A stretch of 64,000 bases of DNA from an uncultured Hormoscilla sp. (GTDB taxonomy: Bacteria > Cyanobacteriota > Cyanobacteriia > Cyanobacteriales > Desertifilaceae). Below are positions 36,370-48,700 of this stretch, in pieces. How positions within the stretch are numbered: position 1 is the first letter of the stretch; the number at the start of each line of letters is the position of its first letter. The position numbers were made by a program, and so were the translations under genes. Under the pieces are notes generated by a model. That model was not told where the DNA came from and did no database searches. It saw only the letters and a program-made list of their open reading frames with translations. The DNA lies in NCBI GenBank assembly GCA_963921275.4, contig OZ001293.3, positions 5,152,001-5,216,000 on the forward strand. Direction: 5' to 3'.

Positions 36370-37563
36370 CTAAGAAAGAATTTTTCTCCACAGAGACTGG
36401 TATTGGGCAACGGTAGCTGCTGGCAGAGGCAAGAGAAATTCACTTGCCTCCAGAATGGCGCGATCGGGCAGTAGAATAGGATTATCTCGTAAAGCTTGAG
36501 GCAAATCAGCAGGGTTGAGCTCAGAGAGCAAGGGTGATGATGCCTTAGCGAGCAAGGAAAATTGACCAGCTTTATCTTTTTGCAAACAAAAATCAATCCA
36601 TTGGTTTGCTAGAGTGTTGTCACCGTTGGTAACAGAGGCAGGTCGTACCCACAAATCTGCCCAGAGAGCAGTGCCAGACTGGGGCACCACGCTAGCAAGA
36701 AGCTTGTAGCGCCCCATCGCAGGTCCGACATCCGTTGACCACCCAACTGCCACCCAGGTATCCCCTTCGATCAAGGGTTGCAGGTAAGCCTCATCGCTGT
36801 AAAACCTAGTCTGTTGGTGCAGTTTATGCAATTCCTCTGCCAAAGCAGGAATATCGTCCAGATTCTCACTATTATAAGAGTGGCCCAGCTTTTTCAAGGT
36901 TAAGCCGATCGCTTCTCTAGGCTGGTCGAGAAGAGAGATGCGACCCTTCAATTCCTCGCGCCAGAGGTCACTCCAATCAGTAGGTTGCCATCCCAAAGAC
37001 TTAAACTTGTCTCGGCGGTAGACAATCACAGTACTACCCCAGCGGTAGGGAGCACCCCAAACCTTTCCATCCGGGTCTGCTTCACCTCGGTCATTCCGCT
37101 TGACCAATGCTTGCCAGATTTCTGGCAACTCCTGCCACCTATGCAGTTGTTCTGGGTTCAGAGGTTGAATTAGATTCTTGTCAATAGCTGATTGTAGCCA
37201 GTAATCTCCCAAAGTGACCAAGTCAGGAGTGGGTTCAGGTTTAGAGTTCCAGAAACGAAGTCGTGTCAGTAAACCAGGCTTTTTGGGCGCTTCAGCACCA
37301 GAAAGCTGCAACAGCAATTTAAACAACTCCTCAAGCTGAGCTACAGGAGTAAAATCCATGACTGCGGGTTGTTTCAATTCCTTGCGAAATTGACCTAACA
37401 TCTGGGCAGGAATCGAGTTTTTCAACAGTTTGACTCTCAGGCGGTCCTGCTGTCGGGCCCTGCATCCGGCTACTGTTGCCAATAGTGAGGCTCCCGCCAT
37501 CAGACCCAGAGCATCTGTACAAGTACCTAGGATAAAACTCCGACGATTCATACTCACATTCAA
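36370..37563 (-). CDS. ABC transporter substrate-binding protein (PotD/PotF-like)
   Basis: RR-containing leader and AGC lipobox; WGAPYRWG, DWSDLW, WVAVGWSTD, GTALWADLW. Confidence 0.85.
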   Translation of the reverse strand: MNVSMNRRSFILGTCTDALGLMAGASLLATVAGCRARQQDRLRVKLLKNSIPAQMLGQFRKELKQPAVMDFTPVAQLEELFKLLLQLSGAEAPKKPGLLTRLRFWNSKPEPTPDLVTLGDYWLQSAIDKNLIQPLNPEQLHRWQELPEIWQALVKRNDRGEADPDGKVWGAPYRWGSTVIVYRRDKFKSLGWQPTDWSDLWREELKGRISLLDQPREAIGLTLKKLGHSYNSENLDDIPALAEELHKLHQQTRFYSDEAYLQPLIEGDTWVAVGWSTDVGPAMGRYKLLASVVPQSGTALWADLWVRPASVTNGDNTLANQWIDFCLQKDKAGQFSLLAKASSPLLSELNPADLPQALRDNPILLPDRAILEASEFLLPLPAATVAQYQSLWRKILS

Positions 37564-37837
37564 TACTTTTACTTTTCACTTTTACCTTAGCTTGCCAGTT
37601 GCCGGTGTTATCCCCATTTTGCCAGAAACCTGGTTTTTTGGAAAAACCGGGTTTCTCAGCTACCGGTGAATATCCACGCCGCTTTCATCGACCCATCTGT
37701 AGCAACCATTTTCATAAATGTAAGTATTTATTGCTGAATTATTACTAAAAGTTAAATAATTCAAAAAGTTATCAAGTTTATTATCAAAAATTTTTTAGGA
37801 TAATAAACACTCATCAGCAGAACTACTGGAGAACACC

Positions 37838-38209
37838 ATGGAACGAGTTAGACAGCAAATTGCCGCTTTGACGATCAAAGTCGATCTTATGTCTCAAAGT
37901 CTCGAGCAGTTAAAGTATAAAATTGCCCAGCTTTTGTCCGAGCAGAGTTTAAATACCGTTAAACCAGATAGACCCAGTCCAAGTGTAATTCGATACAAGT
38001 ATCAAGACAGTAGCCTAGGTCATGCAATGATGGATCACAAGGATGTGCTTGTGGATGATAATTATCCACAAAATAACGATATCAGCGTCGATATAGAGGT
38101 ATCACCCGAAATCCAGATCCAAAGACTGACAGCTCAACTTACTGCTGCTTACAATCGAATTGCAGCGTTAGAAGAACAACTCCTATCTCAGAGAACCCAC
38201 GTTCAGTAG
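37838..38209 (+). CDS. Hypothetical coiled-coil protein (start probably ATG at 37838)
   Basis: GGAG RBS; HKDVLVD and PEIQIQRLTAQLTAAYNRIAALEEQLL. Confidence 0.75.
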   Translation: MERVRQQIAALTIKVDLMSQSLEQLKYKIAQLLSEQSLNTVKPDRPSPSVIRYKYQDSSLGHAMMDHKDVLVDDNYPQNNDISVDIEVSPEIQIQRLTAQLTAAYNRIAALEEQLLSQRTHVQ

Positions 38210-38519
38210 GTAACAGGTCAGCAGCGGGTGCGCAATATACCCACGCAACAAATTCAACCTGAAAGGGTTCGCGCTCGCTCGCCGGGTTGGCGATCGCAGC
38301 AAGGAGGAGGCAGGGTAAGCAATCAAGCCCGCTTAATAATCATCCAATGGCAGGGGTAATTTATTCAATGGCAGAAAAAAATCATTCAATGACACAGATT
38401 ATTCATCCAATGGCAATGAAAAATTATCGAATGGCAGATTAAAAAACATTCATAGGAGTTTGTTGTTAGTTTTCATGTCTATTACCGTGGCCTCACTAGG
38501 AAGTCTGTGCTACTGATAA

Positions 38520-39680
38520 CTAACAATTTACATATTTTTCCCTGGCGACGATCTCGATTAAGTCTTCAATTTCTTGGAGGAGTTGCATCTGCTTCCAACC
38601 TTGGTACAGAGAAGCCGCGATCGCACATCCGCCGCATCCCACGCCTTCCTTGACAAAACCCCGCTCATATGCCACAAGCTGCGGAAAGCGAGATCTCGCA
38701 AAACTCAGCAGGGTGGCAATCAGGGGTACAGAACCGATGGAGTTAGCTAGACCGACAGTGTCGCCGGTGGGGTCTTCGGCAACCCAGCGGGTGGTGCCCA
38801 CCACGACCTGTTCCGGTTGCCATGCTAAAGCATACTCGCAGGCGATCGCCTGCATCAGGCCATAGACCGCTAACATTTGGGTCCCGCCTGCTAGCAAAAC
38901 ACCGGCGGTGCGGCTAGCGGCGATCGCCATGGCAGCAGCCACAACTTGCATCGGATCGCCCACTGCGGCTACCAGTTGTAGCGGGTCAAGAGGGTAGGTT
39001 CCTAGAGCTTTCCCACCGGCAGCTTGTAACCCTGCTTGTACCACATCCCACTTCTGGGCATGATTGCAGGCAGGATGGCTGCTATTGACCTTACCGGCGG
39101 CAGGGATACCTAAGCCAGTTAATAGGGACAATGCCGTAGTAGTTCCCCCGACCACGCACTCGCTGATAATCAGATACTCGGCCTCGCGACCCAGTTTCTC
39201 TCCCCAACTGAGTCCCTGATGCCAAAGCTGTTTCACCATTCCTAGTTCTAGGGCTTTGCCGGTAGTCACGCAGCGTGCAGGTGCCCCATTTAAATCAATT
39301 GTCGGTACTGATGGTGTCGCAGGCAAACCCCCATTGAACAGATAAACCGGGATGTCCAGTGTGGCCACCACAGCCCGGGAAATTAACACAGGTGAAACCC
39401 CAGCATCCAACGGCGGCAAAGGATATTGAGGTTGTCTGGTCGGGCCATTGTACAAAAACTCCGCATCGGCCAGGCAAGTATATCGCCGATCGGCTGGGGT
39501 TGCACCAGCCGCTGAAATGCCAGGGATCAGACCCGTGTCAGTAAAACCCAAAATACAAGCAAAAACTGGGCGTCGCCCCCGATAGCTATCTAGCCACTGC
39601 TGACCCAGTTGATGCTGGGTATAAACGCGATACAGGTAGGGTGATTTGGCCATAGGGAGAGGAAAAAAATCAATCCTCAT
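38520..39680 (-). CDS. cobT: Nicotinate-mononucleotide-dependent phosphoribosyltransferase CobT (cyanobacterial/archaeal type)
   Basis: IPGISAAG, ECVVGGTTTA, VGDPMQ, LAGGTQM, YERGFVKEGVG. Confidence 0.88.
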   Translation of the reverse strand: MRIDFFPLPMAKSPYLYRVYTQHQLGQQWLDSYRGRRPVFACILGFTDTGLIPGISAAGATPADRRYTCLADAEFLYNGPTRQPQYPLPPLDAGVSPVLISRAVVATLDIPVYLFNGGLPATPSVPTIDLNGAPARCVTTGKALELGMVKQLWHQGLSWGEKLGREAEYLIISECVVGGTTTALSLLTGLGIPAAGKVNSSHPACNHAQKWDVVQAGLQAAGGKALGTYPLDPLQLVAAVGDPMQVVAAAMAIAASRTAGVLLAGGTQMLAVYGLMQAIACEYALAWQPEQVVVGTTRWVAEDPTGDTVGLANSIGSVPLIATLLSFARSRFPQLVAYERGFVKEGVGCGGCAIAASLYQGWKQMQLLQEIEDLIEIVAREKYVNC

Positions 39681-40350
39681 AGTCGAGAATAACTTGCACC
39701 CATTCTGGGGGCGGGGGAATAGGAGTTCCCAGACGTTCTAGCAGCAGGGATGACACCAGATGGACCACGAACATGTAAATGGCATTGTTCGCCAGTACCA
39801 AAATTACGGCGATCGCCTGAATCAAGGATAGACTAGGCACGACTAGCAACCCCAGCTTCAGGAATGCCCAGTCTATCAAGCCTGTCACTTGCACCGTCAC
39901 GTAAACCCACAAATCATCTCCCAACAGGATTGATACCAGCCAAATCCTAAAGAAAAATCCTAAAGAGCCCAGCAGCGTACCCAAGGCAATCGACATCATC
40001 CAACCAGCCCCCCGTCGCCACAGGGCTCCCAGTTGCACTCCCAAGAGACCAAAAGGAATCACAAACAAAATGCTGCGAGTCGGTCCCATCAGCACCGTCA
40101 GCAGCAAACCAGATACCGTCGCCGTCATCCAGGCCGTGCGATTTTCCCGCCGCAGGTACGCCAGAGCGATCGGCACCGGGAAAAACACTCGCAACACTGG
40201 TCCCATCGGAAAGTAGTAATTCACTAGCCAGATCATGCTGGATGTACTGGCTAAAAATGCCGCCTCCACCAGAGGCAATGGTGCCATTTTATTTGGTTTT
40301 TCCCCTGCTGCCTGACTTTCGGTGTCTGCTGCGGATTTTTCCGGTGCCAT
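39670..40350 (-). CDS. DUF2232-family membrane protein
   Basis: LVEAAFLAST, PVPIALAYLR, LMGPTRS, PPPPEW; multiple TM segments. Confidence 0.85.
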   Translation of the reverse strand: MAPEKSAADTESQAAGEKPNKMAPLPLVEAAFLASTSSMIWLVNYYFPMGPVLRVFFPVPIALAYLRRENRTAWMTATVSGLLLTVLMGPTRSILFVIPFGLLGVQLGALWRRGAGWMMSIALGTLLGSLGFFFRIWLVSILLGDDLWVYVTVQVTGLIDWAFLKLGLLVVPSLSLIQAIAVILVLANNAIYMFVVHLVSSLLLERLGTPIPPPPEWVQVILDYED

Positions 40351-40378
40351 TTTTATCTCATGCCCCTGGGTAATAGGG

Positions 40379-41077
40379 TTATACCATCATCCGCTCCAGA
40401 GCATGAAGATCTGGGATGCAAAGGATATCCCGATCGCGCACTATCAGATTTTTCTTCTCCAGCTTACTCAACACCCTGGTCACCGTTTCCCGTGCCAGTC
40501 CACTCAGACTACTCAGTTCCCGGTGAGGTAAATTAGGAATTTCCACTCCTTCGGTAGTGCGTTTGCCCTGTCCATCGGCCAGAAACAGCAGAATATCTGC
40601 CACCCGCGAGGTACTATCCGACTCCCGCAACCGCAGACGCCGGTTTACCTGACGCAAACGTTGTGCCATCAACTGAGCTAATCTAATTCCCGCCTTCGGT
40701 TCCGTATTAATCAGATGGACAAAATCCGAGGCTGGCATATTACCTATCCTAGTCGGAACCAGGGTGATCACATCTGTCGAGCGAGGCACCTCCTCCAGAG
40801 GGGCCATTTCACCAAACAACTCTCCTTTGCCGATGATATTCAGCGTCACCTCCTTGCCATCCAGATTGTAGGTGCGAATTTTCACCCAACCATCTAGAAT
40901 GAAGTACACCGAACTTCCCCAGTCATTTTCCAGCAAAATCACCTGATTAGATGGATGGGTGCGCACCACAACCTGAGCTGTCGCCCGCTCGATCGAACTT
41001 TCGGGTAATCCTTCAAACAACGGTGCCGAGCGAATTTCTTCTGCACTTGATTCGCGGGTGTTCAGTCTGTCTACCAT
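40379..41077 (-). CDS. Crp/Fnr-family transcriptional regulator
   Basis: cNMP domain (FGEMA...PRSTDV) and HTH (SGLARETVTRVL). Confidence 0.92.
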   Translation of the reverse strand: MVDRLNTRESSAEEIRSAPLFEGLPESSIERATAQVVVRTHPSNQVILLENDWGSSVYFILDGWVKIRTYNLDGKEVTLNIIGKGELFGEMAPLEEVPRSTDVITLVPTRIGNMPASDFVHLINTEPKAGIRLAQLMAQRLRQVNRRLRLRESDSTSRVADILLFLADGQGKRTTEGVEIPNLPHRELSSLSGLARETVTRVLSKLEKKNLIVRDRDILCIPDLHALERMMV

Positions 41078-41397
41078 AGGGCATTATGCCAATGTGAACG
41101 CTGGAGGTATAATTATAGCGGCCCGGTTGGAGCTTTTTAAACTTGCCGGTGACTATTTGGACCTTTCCATCGGTGCAAGCAGGATTTATATCAACTATCA
41201 TTCCACCTCCTAGATAATATAATACATTTCCAGGTCGCGCAAGTATCTCTCCTAATCTTTTACCCTTTGCAAATTGTTAAAATGCTAGATATTGGTAATT
41301 TATAGGTGCGATTCCTTCTGGCGTAACTGGGCACCACGTTCAGGATAGTCAGGTGGGGTAAAACCCACAACTCAGGCGTTATGAGGGTTAGATTCCC

Positions 41398-43331
41398 GTG
41401 CGATGAGTTCCAGCCTAACGTAGTCATATACGGAACGCTGGCCTAGGAAACTAGGAACTCTGGTAATCATGGGGGTTTAATGGTCGGGGTTTAATGGTCG
41501 GGGTCGAGCTGGGAATCACTCCCCAACCCTCCAAGAGCGAAACCTGAAGAGCGACTGGAACCGCACACGGCTACTGGTTGGTAAGCTGTTGTCATCAGTA
41601 GGATTACTGGGGGTTACCCCCGTTGTCCCTTACCCTTTGAAATTTTACCCCTTATGGTCAATCCTATTGGACCGTTTAAGTACTGAGCTGCGGAAGGTTC
41701 GCGGAGGATAGTTCAGCAAACCATACTCGCCGCTCTTTACTAACATCTTCCCCATTCTGCTTTCCGCTTTTCGTAAGGGCTCTGAACTTTACCTGGCTAA
41801 GATTTGAATCCAAAATTCGTACTTTCGGAATTTCTCCCTAGTTCTGTGACATTAAGGTTACTTTTCCCAAGGGTGTCTTACCATATCCGTCCTACGTCTG
41901 CATATCCACAGGCATTACCCTGGGCGTTAGCTTCTTAGGACATCCTTCTTCTTCGTGGCTTGCGCTTTACATCTAACTTGTCCAAATGGGGACAGCTCAC
42001 GAGAGGTTACTTCGTTCCCTAGTATCATTTCACGATGCTTTTAGGTTCCTACTATACCCCGGGAGTTCTTTGAGTACGTTATTAGCCAGAGGCAAGAGCT
42101 AATACTAACTACCATTTCCCTTTTTGGGCAAGCGCATAAGCCTTCTTCCGCTGGTTCTGGTTAACGAGGTTTACATAGGTTCGCTTGTTCTAACCATTAG
42201 CATCTTTCCTAGCGGCGTCACCGGCTTAGGCTGCCAGTTATCCTACATTTAAGTCCTCGGGAGGCACCACGGCGATGTGGCTCCGTAGCACCTCCGACCG
42301 GTAGTACCCTCGACCCCCGTACCTGGGGAAAGGGAATTTAACCCCCATGATAACCAGAGTTATCTGGCTGATAGAGCCAGACCCGACTTTCACCTACTGG
42401 CTTATGCCGGAACGAATCGCACTCCCCCTCCCCAGGTACAGGGGTAACCGCGTGAGGTGCTGCGAAGTAACATCATCGTGGTGCCAAGCGAGGACTCAAA
42501 TGTAGGATAACTGGCAGCCCAAGCCGGTGACTCTGCTAGGAAAGATGTCCATGGCTAGAACAAGCGAACCTATGTAAACCTCGTTAAACCCAACCAGCGA
42601 AATAAGGCTTAATGCGCTGGAACAAAAGTTAATGCAGTTAGTGTTAATTAGGGAATTGGCTAACATTGTACCCAAATAACTGCCGGGGAAAAGTAGGGGC
42701 CTAAAGGCATCGTGAAATGATACCAGGGAACGAAGTAACCTCAGCGAGAGGAACGAAGTAACCCCCGTGGTGCTGTCCTCATTTGGACAAGTCAGATGTG
42801 CGTCCGCGTAGCGTGCGCGCAGCGCATAGCGCATGCCCATGAGGGGAGAGATGGCCCGAGAAGCTAATGCCTAGGCGGTGTCTGGAGCATGCCTTGGTGT
42901 CTGGAGCACACCGAGTCCTTCAGGACAAGAGTGTGCGGAAGACGCCAAAGTCCTTCAGGACAAGAGCATGCGGAAGACGCCGGTAATGCCTATGGATACG
43001 CAGACGCGGGTCGGTGATACTAGTAAACTATTGGTACAAGTAGCTCTAAAATGTCATAAGCCCATTTACAGCGTTAGCGAAAGCGAGTTGAGGATTGAGG
43101 AATGTTTAACTGGTAAAACGGAGTGTTAAATGGTGATACTAAAGGTTATCCGGCAGCTCCACTCACCAACCAGGAAAGGGGCGGACGTGCAAGTAGTAAG
43201 GGACAATGGGAGTAATCCCTAGTAATCCTACCCGTGAAAGGGGCCTAGTACCCAGTAGCCGTGTGCGGTGAAAGTCGCATGCACGGTTCCGAAAGGGAGG
43301 GTTGTCCCGCGAGGGACAGCTCGACCCCGAC
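41398..43331 (+). mobile_element. ORF-less intron 'K' (middle)
   Basis: GTGCGATGAG start; DV AGCCGTGTGCGGTGAAAGTCGCATGCACGGTT; ends CTCGACCCCGAC. Confidence 0.88.
41497..42422 (-). mobile_element. ORF-less intron 'L' (inner, antisense)
   Basis: Minus-strand GTGCGATTCGTTCCGGC at 42422; DV degenerate; ends CTCGACCCCGAC at 41497. Confidence 0.88.
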
Positions 43332-43974
43332 TCATGTACAGGGGTGACACTGGCCCACCGTTCCGGAAAAATCGGTGCTGTGGAGCAACATCATCACGGT
43401 GCTGAGCGAGGGCAAATGTAGGATAGCTTCCAGCCCTGAGGAGGCAACGCCGCTAGGAAAGATGTTCACGGTTAGAACAGGCAAACCCATGTAAGGGTCG
43501 TCATGTCAAATCGGTGAAATAAGGCTGAAACACCGGGCACAAAAGTGCATGCAGTTAGGACTAATGCTCTATAATCATTAGTTTTGTACACAAACAACTG
43601 CCAGCCTATAATGGGAACCTAAAGGCATCGTGAAATGACGTTTGGGAACGAAGTAACCCCTGTGGTTCTGTCTCTAGGGACCAGCCAGATGTGAAGCGCA
43701 TGACCACAGTCTTAAGGATGGCCTAAGAAGCAAATGCCTGGGATAATGCCTAGGATATGCAGACGTAGGTCGGTGATAGTAGGAAGTCTTGGGTGAAAGT
43801 AGTCCTAAAAATGCTATGAACCGGTAGGTGACTGCCAGGTATGTATGAAGACGTAAGTCTTGAAGGGACCAAATCTCATGAGGCAAGGGACAACGGGAGT
43901 AATCCCGAAGTTACCTACTTATGACAAGGGCCTACTACCCAGTAGCCGTATGCGAGGAAAGTCGCTCTTTAGGT

Positions 43975-44666
43975 TCCGAATGGGAGGGTTCCGAAGCGAT
44001 TCCCAGCTCGACCCCTAAAATATTTATTTCAGAAACTATAGTAACTCGGTATTTGATGAGTGGCACTCGCACCAAAAAGTTGCTGGCATCAGGGGTTAGG
44101 GAATAAACTGGAAAATAATACCAGGCGCACGAGGAGTAGCGAAGTGGCGCAAAACGAAGGGCTACGTCATAAACAAGATGCGCTCGCGCACTACTAATAA
44201 TTGCGCATTTTTGCTTGCTATAAAGCAGCGTTATCAGCTAAAATAGAAAAAGCAGACCGATGGCTAGCCCTGGCTGCTAACTTAAGCAAGCCGTTCATGA
44301 GTTGTGTAACTGGATTTTTATCCGAATGGGAGGGTTCCGAAGCGATTCCCAGCTCGACCCCTAACATATTTATTTCAGAAACTATAGTAACTCGGTATTT
44401 GATGAGTGGCACTCGCACCAAAAAGTTGCTGGCATCAGGGGTTAGGGAATAAACTGGAAAATAATACCAGGCGCACGAGGAGTAGCGAAGTGGCGCAAAA
44501 CGAAGGGCTACGTCATAAACAAGATGCGCTCGCGCACTACTAATAATTGCGCATTTTTGCTTGCTATAAAGCAGCGTTATCAGCTAAAATAGAAAAAGCA
44601 GACCGATGGCTAGCCCTGGCTGCTAACTTAAGCAAGCCGTTCATGAGTTGTGCAACTGGATTTTTA
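43975..44666 (+). repeat. 346-bp tandem duplication spanning intron J DVI and the 3' flank
   Basis: 43975-44320 repeated at 44321-44666; the ORF track shows the same 346 offset. Confidence 0.9.
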
Positions 44667-44823
44667 GCTGAAAGCCTTACCCTGCAATTGTTTCAGCCAT
44701 TATTTTCACTCCAGAAAATTTGCACAAATGTATAGGACGCACTATATACGCGCTCGCGGCGTTACGCCAAGAGCTTTGCTGGCTGTGGCCTGAGCGCATC
44801 GAAAGATGTGCTCTGTTATACTA

Positions 44824-45657
<834 letters not shown>

Positions 45658-45780
45658 TGCACAGATCTACTTGGAACGATTTGTGAGGGTTAAACGCAGC
45701 ACATGGAATAAGTGAGTTATTCTCACGCACTAGCGGTGGTAAGATGCAAGTAGAAAGTGATAGGCACCTTTAGAGAAGCT

Positions 45781-48700
45781 GTGACATCTGGCAATGACCA
45801 ACTCCAAACAATGATTGCGGAAATAGACGCAGTCCTCCACAAAGCAAGCCCTCGCCTACCTTGGGTGATGTCTGGAGATGTTGAAAGACAACGGCGGGTA
45901 CTAGAGCTAGTGCGCAGCTATCTGGTATCCCTGCAATCATCGGGGTCTCCTGGTGCTGCATATCCTGGGAGCGCTAGAAGCACAAAAGAGCAGACACCGC
46001 ACCACCATCGGCAAGCAGATGGCGATTATACTCAGACTCAAATTGGGCAAAGACCAGAAGCATCAGGCCCTCGGAGAAGTATGCTAGGTGCGGAGCTATC
46101 ATTACCAGCGACTGTTAAAAGCGCTACCCCAGAGACATCGCCTTCTCCTTATCGGGGCGGGGTAACACCTGGAGCCCTGAATCAGCAAATCTTGCAAGCC
46201 GTGGTGCAAGACCTGCGCAATAGTCTGATGGAACCAATACAAGGGGATCTCGAAGCGTTGCAACGGCAGCGAAGCGATCTGCTCGGGGAAATCAGGCAGC
46301 TGGAAAATCAGCGACAGCAATATTATATGGATCGGCAGGCAGCTGGACAACAACAGCTGATGCGGGAATTTTTGCAGGTGCTAACGGAACGCTTGCAGGA
46401 AAGCATGACCCAGCAGGTAGCCCAGATCCTGAAGAGTCTGGAAGCTGAGGCAGTTAGCTATATAGGGGAACTGGAGCCATCATCGGACTCTAATTACCCC
46501 TCTCACTCCCTACTCACTCCCTCAGACCGTCTGGCTCAAATGCGCATGCTGCAAGCTGAGTCGGACCAGCTATTGATGAAGTTAGACTCAAGCATCGCTG
46601 TGGTATTCGAGACGATACAGAAAAATATTGACAGCTATCAAGAGTCTCTGTCCCAAGGACTAGACAAAATGTATAATTTGGGACACCAGGGGGAGGTGAT
46701 GTTTAGCGCCTTGATCAATACTCTGGCAGAACAGCTGGGACGGGAGGCTTCGAGTTTTGTGCAATCTCGACCAGAAAGGTCGGGTAAAAAGGTCACTGAA
46801 TCAGGGTTGCAACTGCCAAAGGCTAATGATCCAGAGGAAAAACCGGAAATCGCTCAACCGGAACCAGAACTCAGTTAGTCGGCGACTCAGGAGTTACAAT
46901 CTAAGGAAATAGAGGGCTTCGAGGATTTGGCTCCAGATGCGTCAGAACCTACTATAGCAAGAAAAAGGCCGCCAGGAGCAGGGGCTCGAAATTCGTCAAG
47001 CCAGTCTCAGCAGTTGACAGAAGTGCTAGAGTTGCTGGAGAAGCTGAATATAAACCAGATCGCTCTTCGGCAAGATAGTTCGGGGAAAAAGCCGAGTAAA
47101 GGCGATGTCCCATCAGAGTCGGAACAGACCCCGACAAAAGAGCAAGATGCTGATGATGATGGTTTATTCGATGCGATGTTTGGTCCAGAGTCTTTGGCGA
47201 CGGGTAGCGAATCTCTCACCCAGTCAAATCAAGAAACAGCCAGTGAAAGTAGCAGCTCGAATGACGAAACCTCGATAAATCAAACTGCAACATTGGCGGA
47301 AGATTTGTTTGCGGAAGAGGAAGAACCAGCTCCGGAAGAAAGCCCGGAAACAGCAAGGTCGTTGGAGGACTGGTTGTTTGCTTCCGAGGGGGGGTCTGGC
47401 GCTGAAACGGCGGCGGCAGATAGGCCAACGGCGGCAGCAACAGAGGCGATCGATAATTTGGCGGAGCTATTCCCAGAGGAAGAAGACCTAGAGGAACCGA
47501 CTGAGACTCCAAAGGATTCCGCACAGGCACCATCGAAGTGGGTAGACTCATCGGATGTCTATATTCCAGCATCACCGGAGGAGGATTTGCTGCCCATAGA
47601 CGATCCGGAAGAGGATCCAGACCCCACTTGGATCTCGTTAAATCCTATCGCTATAAAACAGTTGAATGAAGATCTGGGCAATCTGGAAAAAGATCCACGG
47701 TCGGCGGCAAAAACACCAGAAAGCGCAGAGAGGGAAGTCAGGATTACGTTACAATCTCCAGAAGGGAAGCCTCATCAGACGGATGCTGCTGTCGATGACT
47801 ATGAGAGTGATGCGGTAGCAGCAGCCACCACCATTCCAGTTGAGGAGGAGAACCTAAACAGGGGGACTCTGTCGAATGTGACCTATCCTGAGTTGGCCTC
47901 GGAGGTAAGCTCAGCAGGGATAGAGTCGGAGTCAGAGTTTGATTCTAGCGAATCTTATACAGGGATAGAGTCAGAGGCTTTGAGTGCAGATTCACGTGCA
48001 GAGTCTTCGATGTCTCCGGAGAGCGCTAGAAGCACTACTCCGGAGACATCGAAGAATGATTGGGGATTTGAAGAACCAGAAGAGGATCCAGACCCAACTT
48101 GGATATCGCTAGAGCCGATCACCCAACAGCAGTTAAATGAAGCTCTGGGTCGGGACAAATCACAAAAGTCGGCGGCAAAAACCCCGGAAAGCGCGTCCAG
48201 AGAAAAAGAGGATGGCCCGGGTGAGGTGCGATCGCAAGAACAGACTCCGGCATTGGACGATCGGGGTTTGTCAGAAACAGAGGCAACAGAGTCTGGACCA
48301 GAAAATCAAACTTCAGAGATACAAAGTAGTGGAGAGGTCCAAACAGGGAGTGAGTCGGTGGATGCTGCGTTTGATGAGAGTGAATCTTCGGCAGCGATAG
48401 AGTCAGAGGTAGGGAGTACAGATTCGCGTACAGAGTCTTCGATGTCTCTGGAGAGCGCTAGAAGCACTACTCTGGAGACATCGGATTCAGATTGGGGATT
48501 TGACGATTGGGTTTGCCAGACATAGATGATACTTCTGCGCAGTCACGGCGCGATCGGGCCTCTGGCCCAGAGCAGAAAACCCCTAGGACTTATATACTCT
48601 CGGTGGAGACAGATGATGAGATGGGCCGCCTGTGTCCCCCCCCTCGTTCCCACGGCTCTGCCTGGGAACGTGCTCTTAGCGCTCCCGAGGGGCACAGGGA

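Larger units (their letters stand above)
41306..44018 (+). mobile_element. ORF-less intron 'J' (outer; 41306-41397 plus 43332-44018)
   Basis: GTGCGATTCC start; DV AGCCGTATGCGAGGAAAGTCGC; ends CTCGACCCCTAA. Confidence 0.85.
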
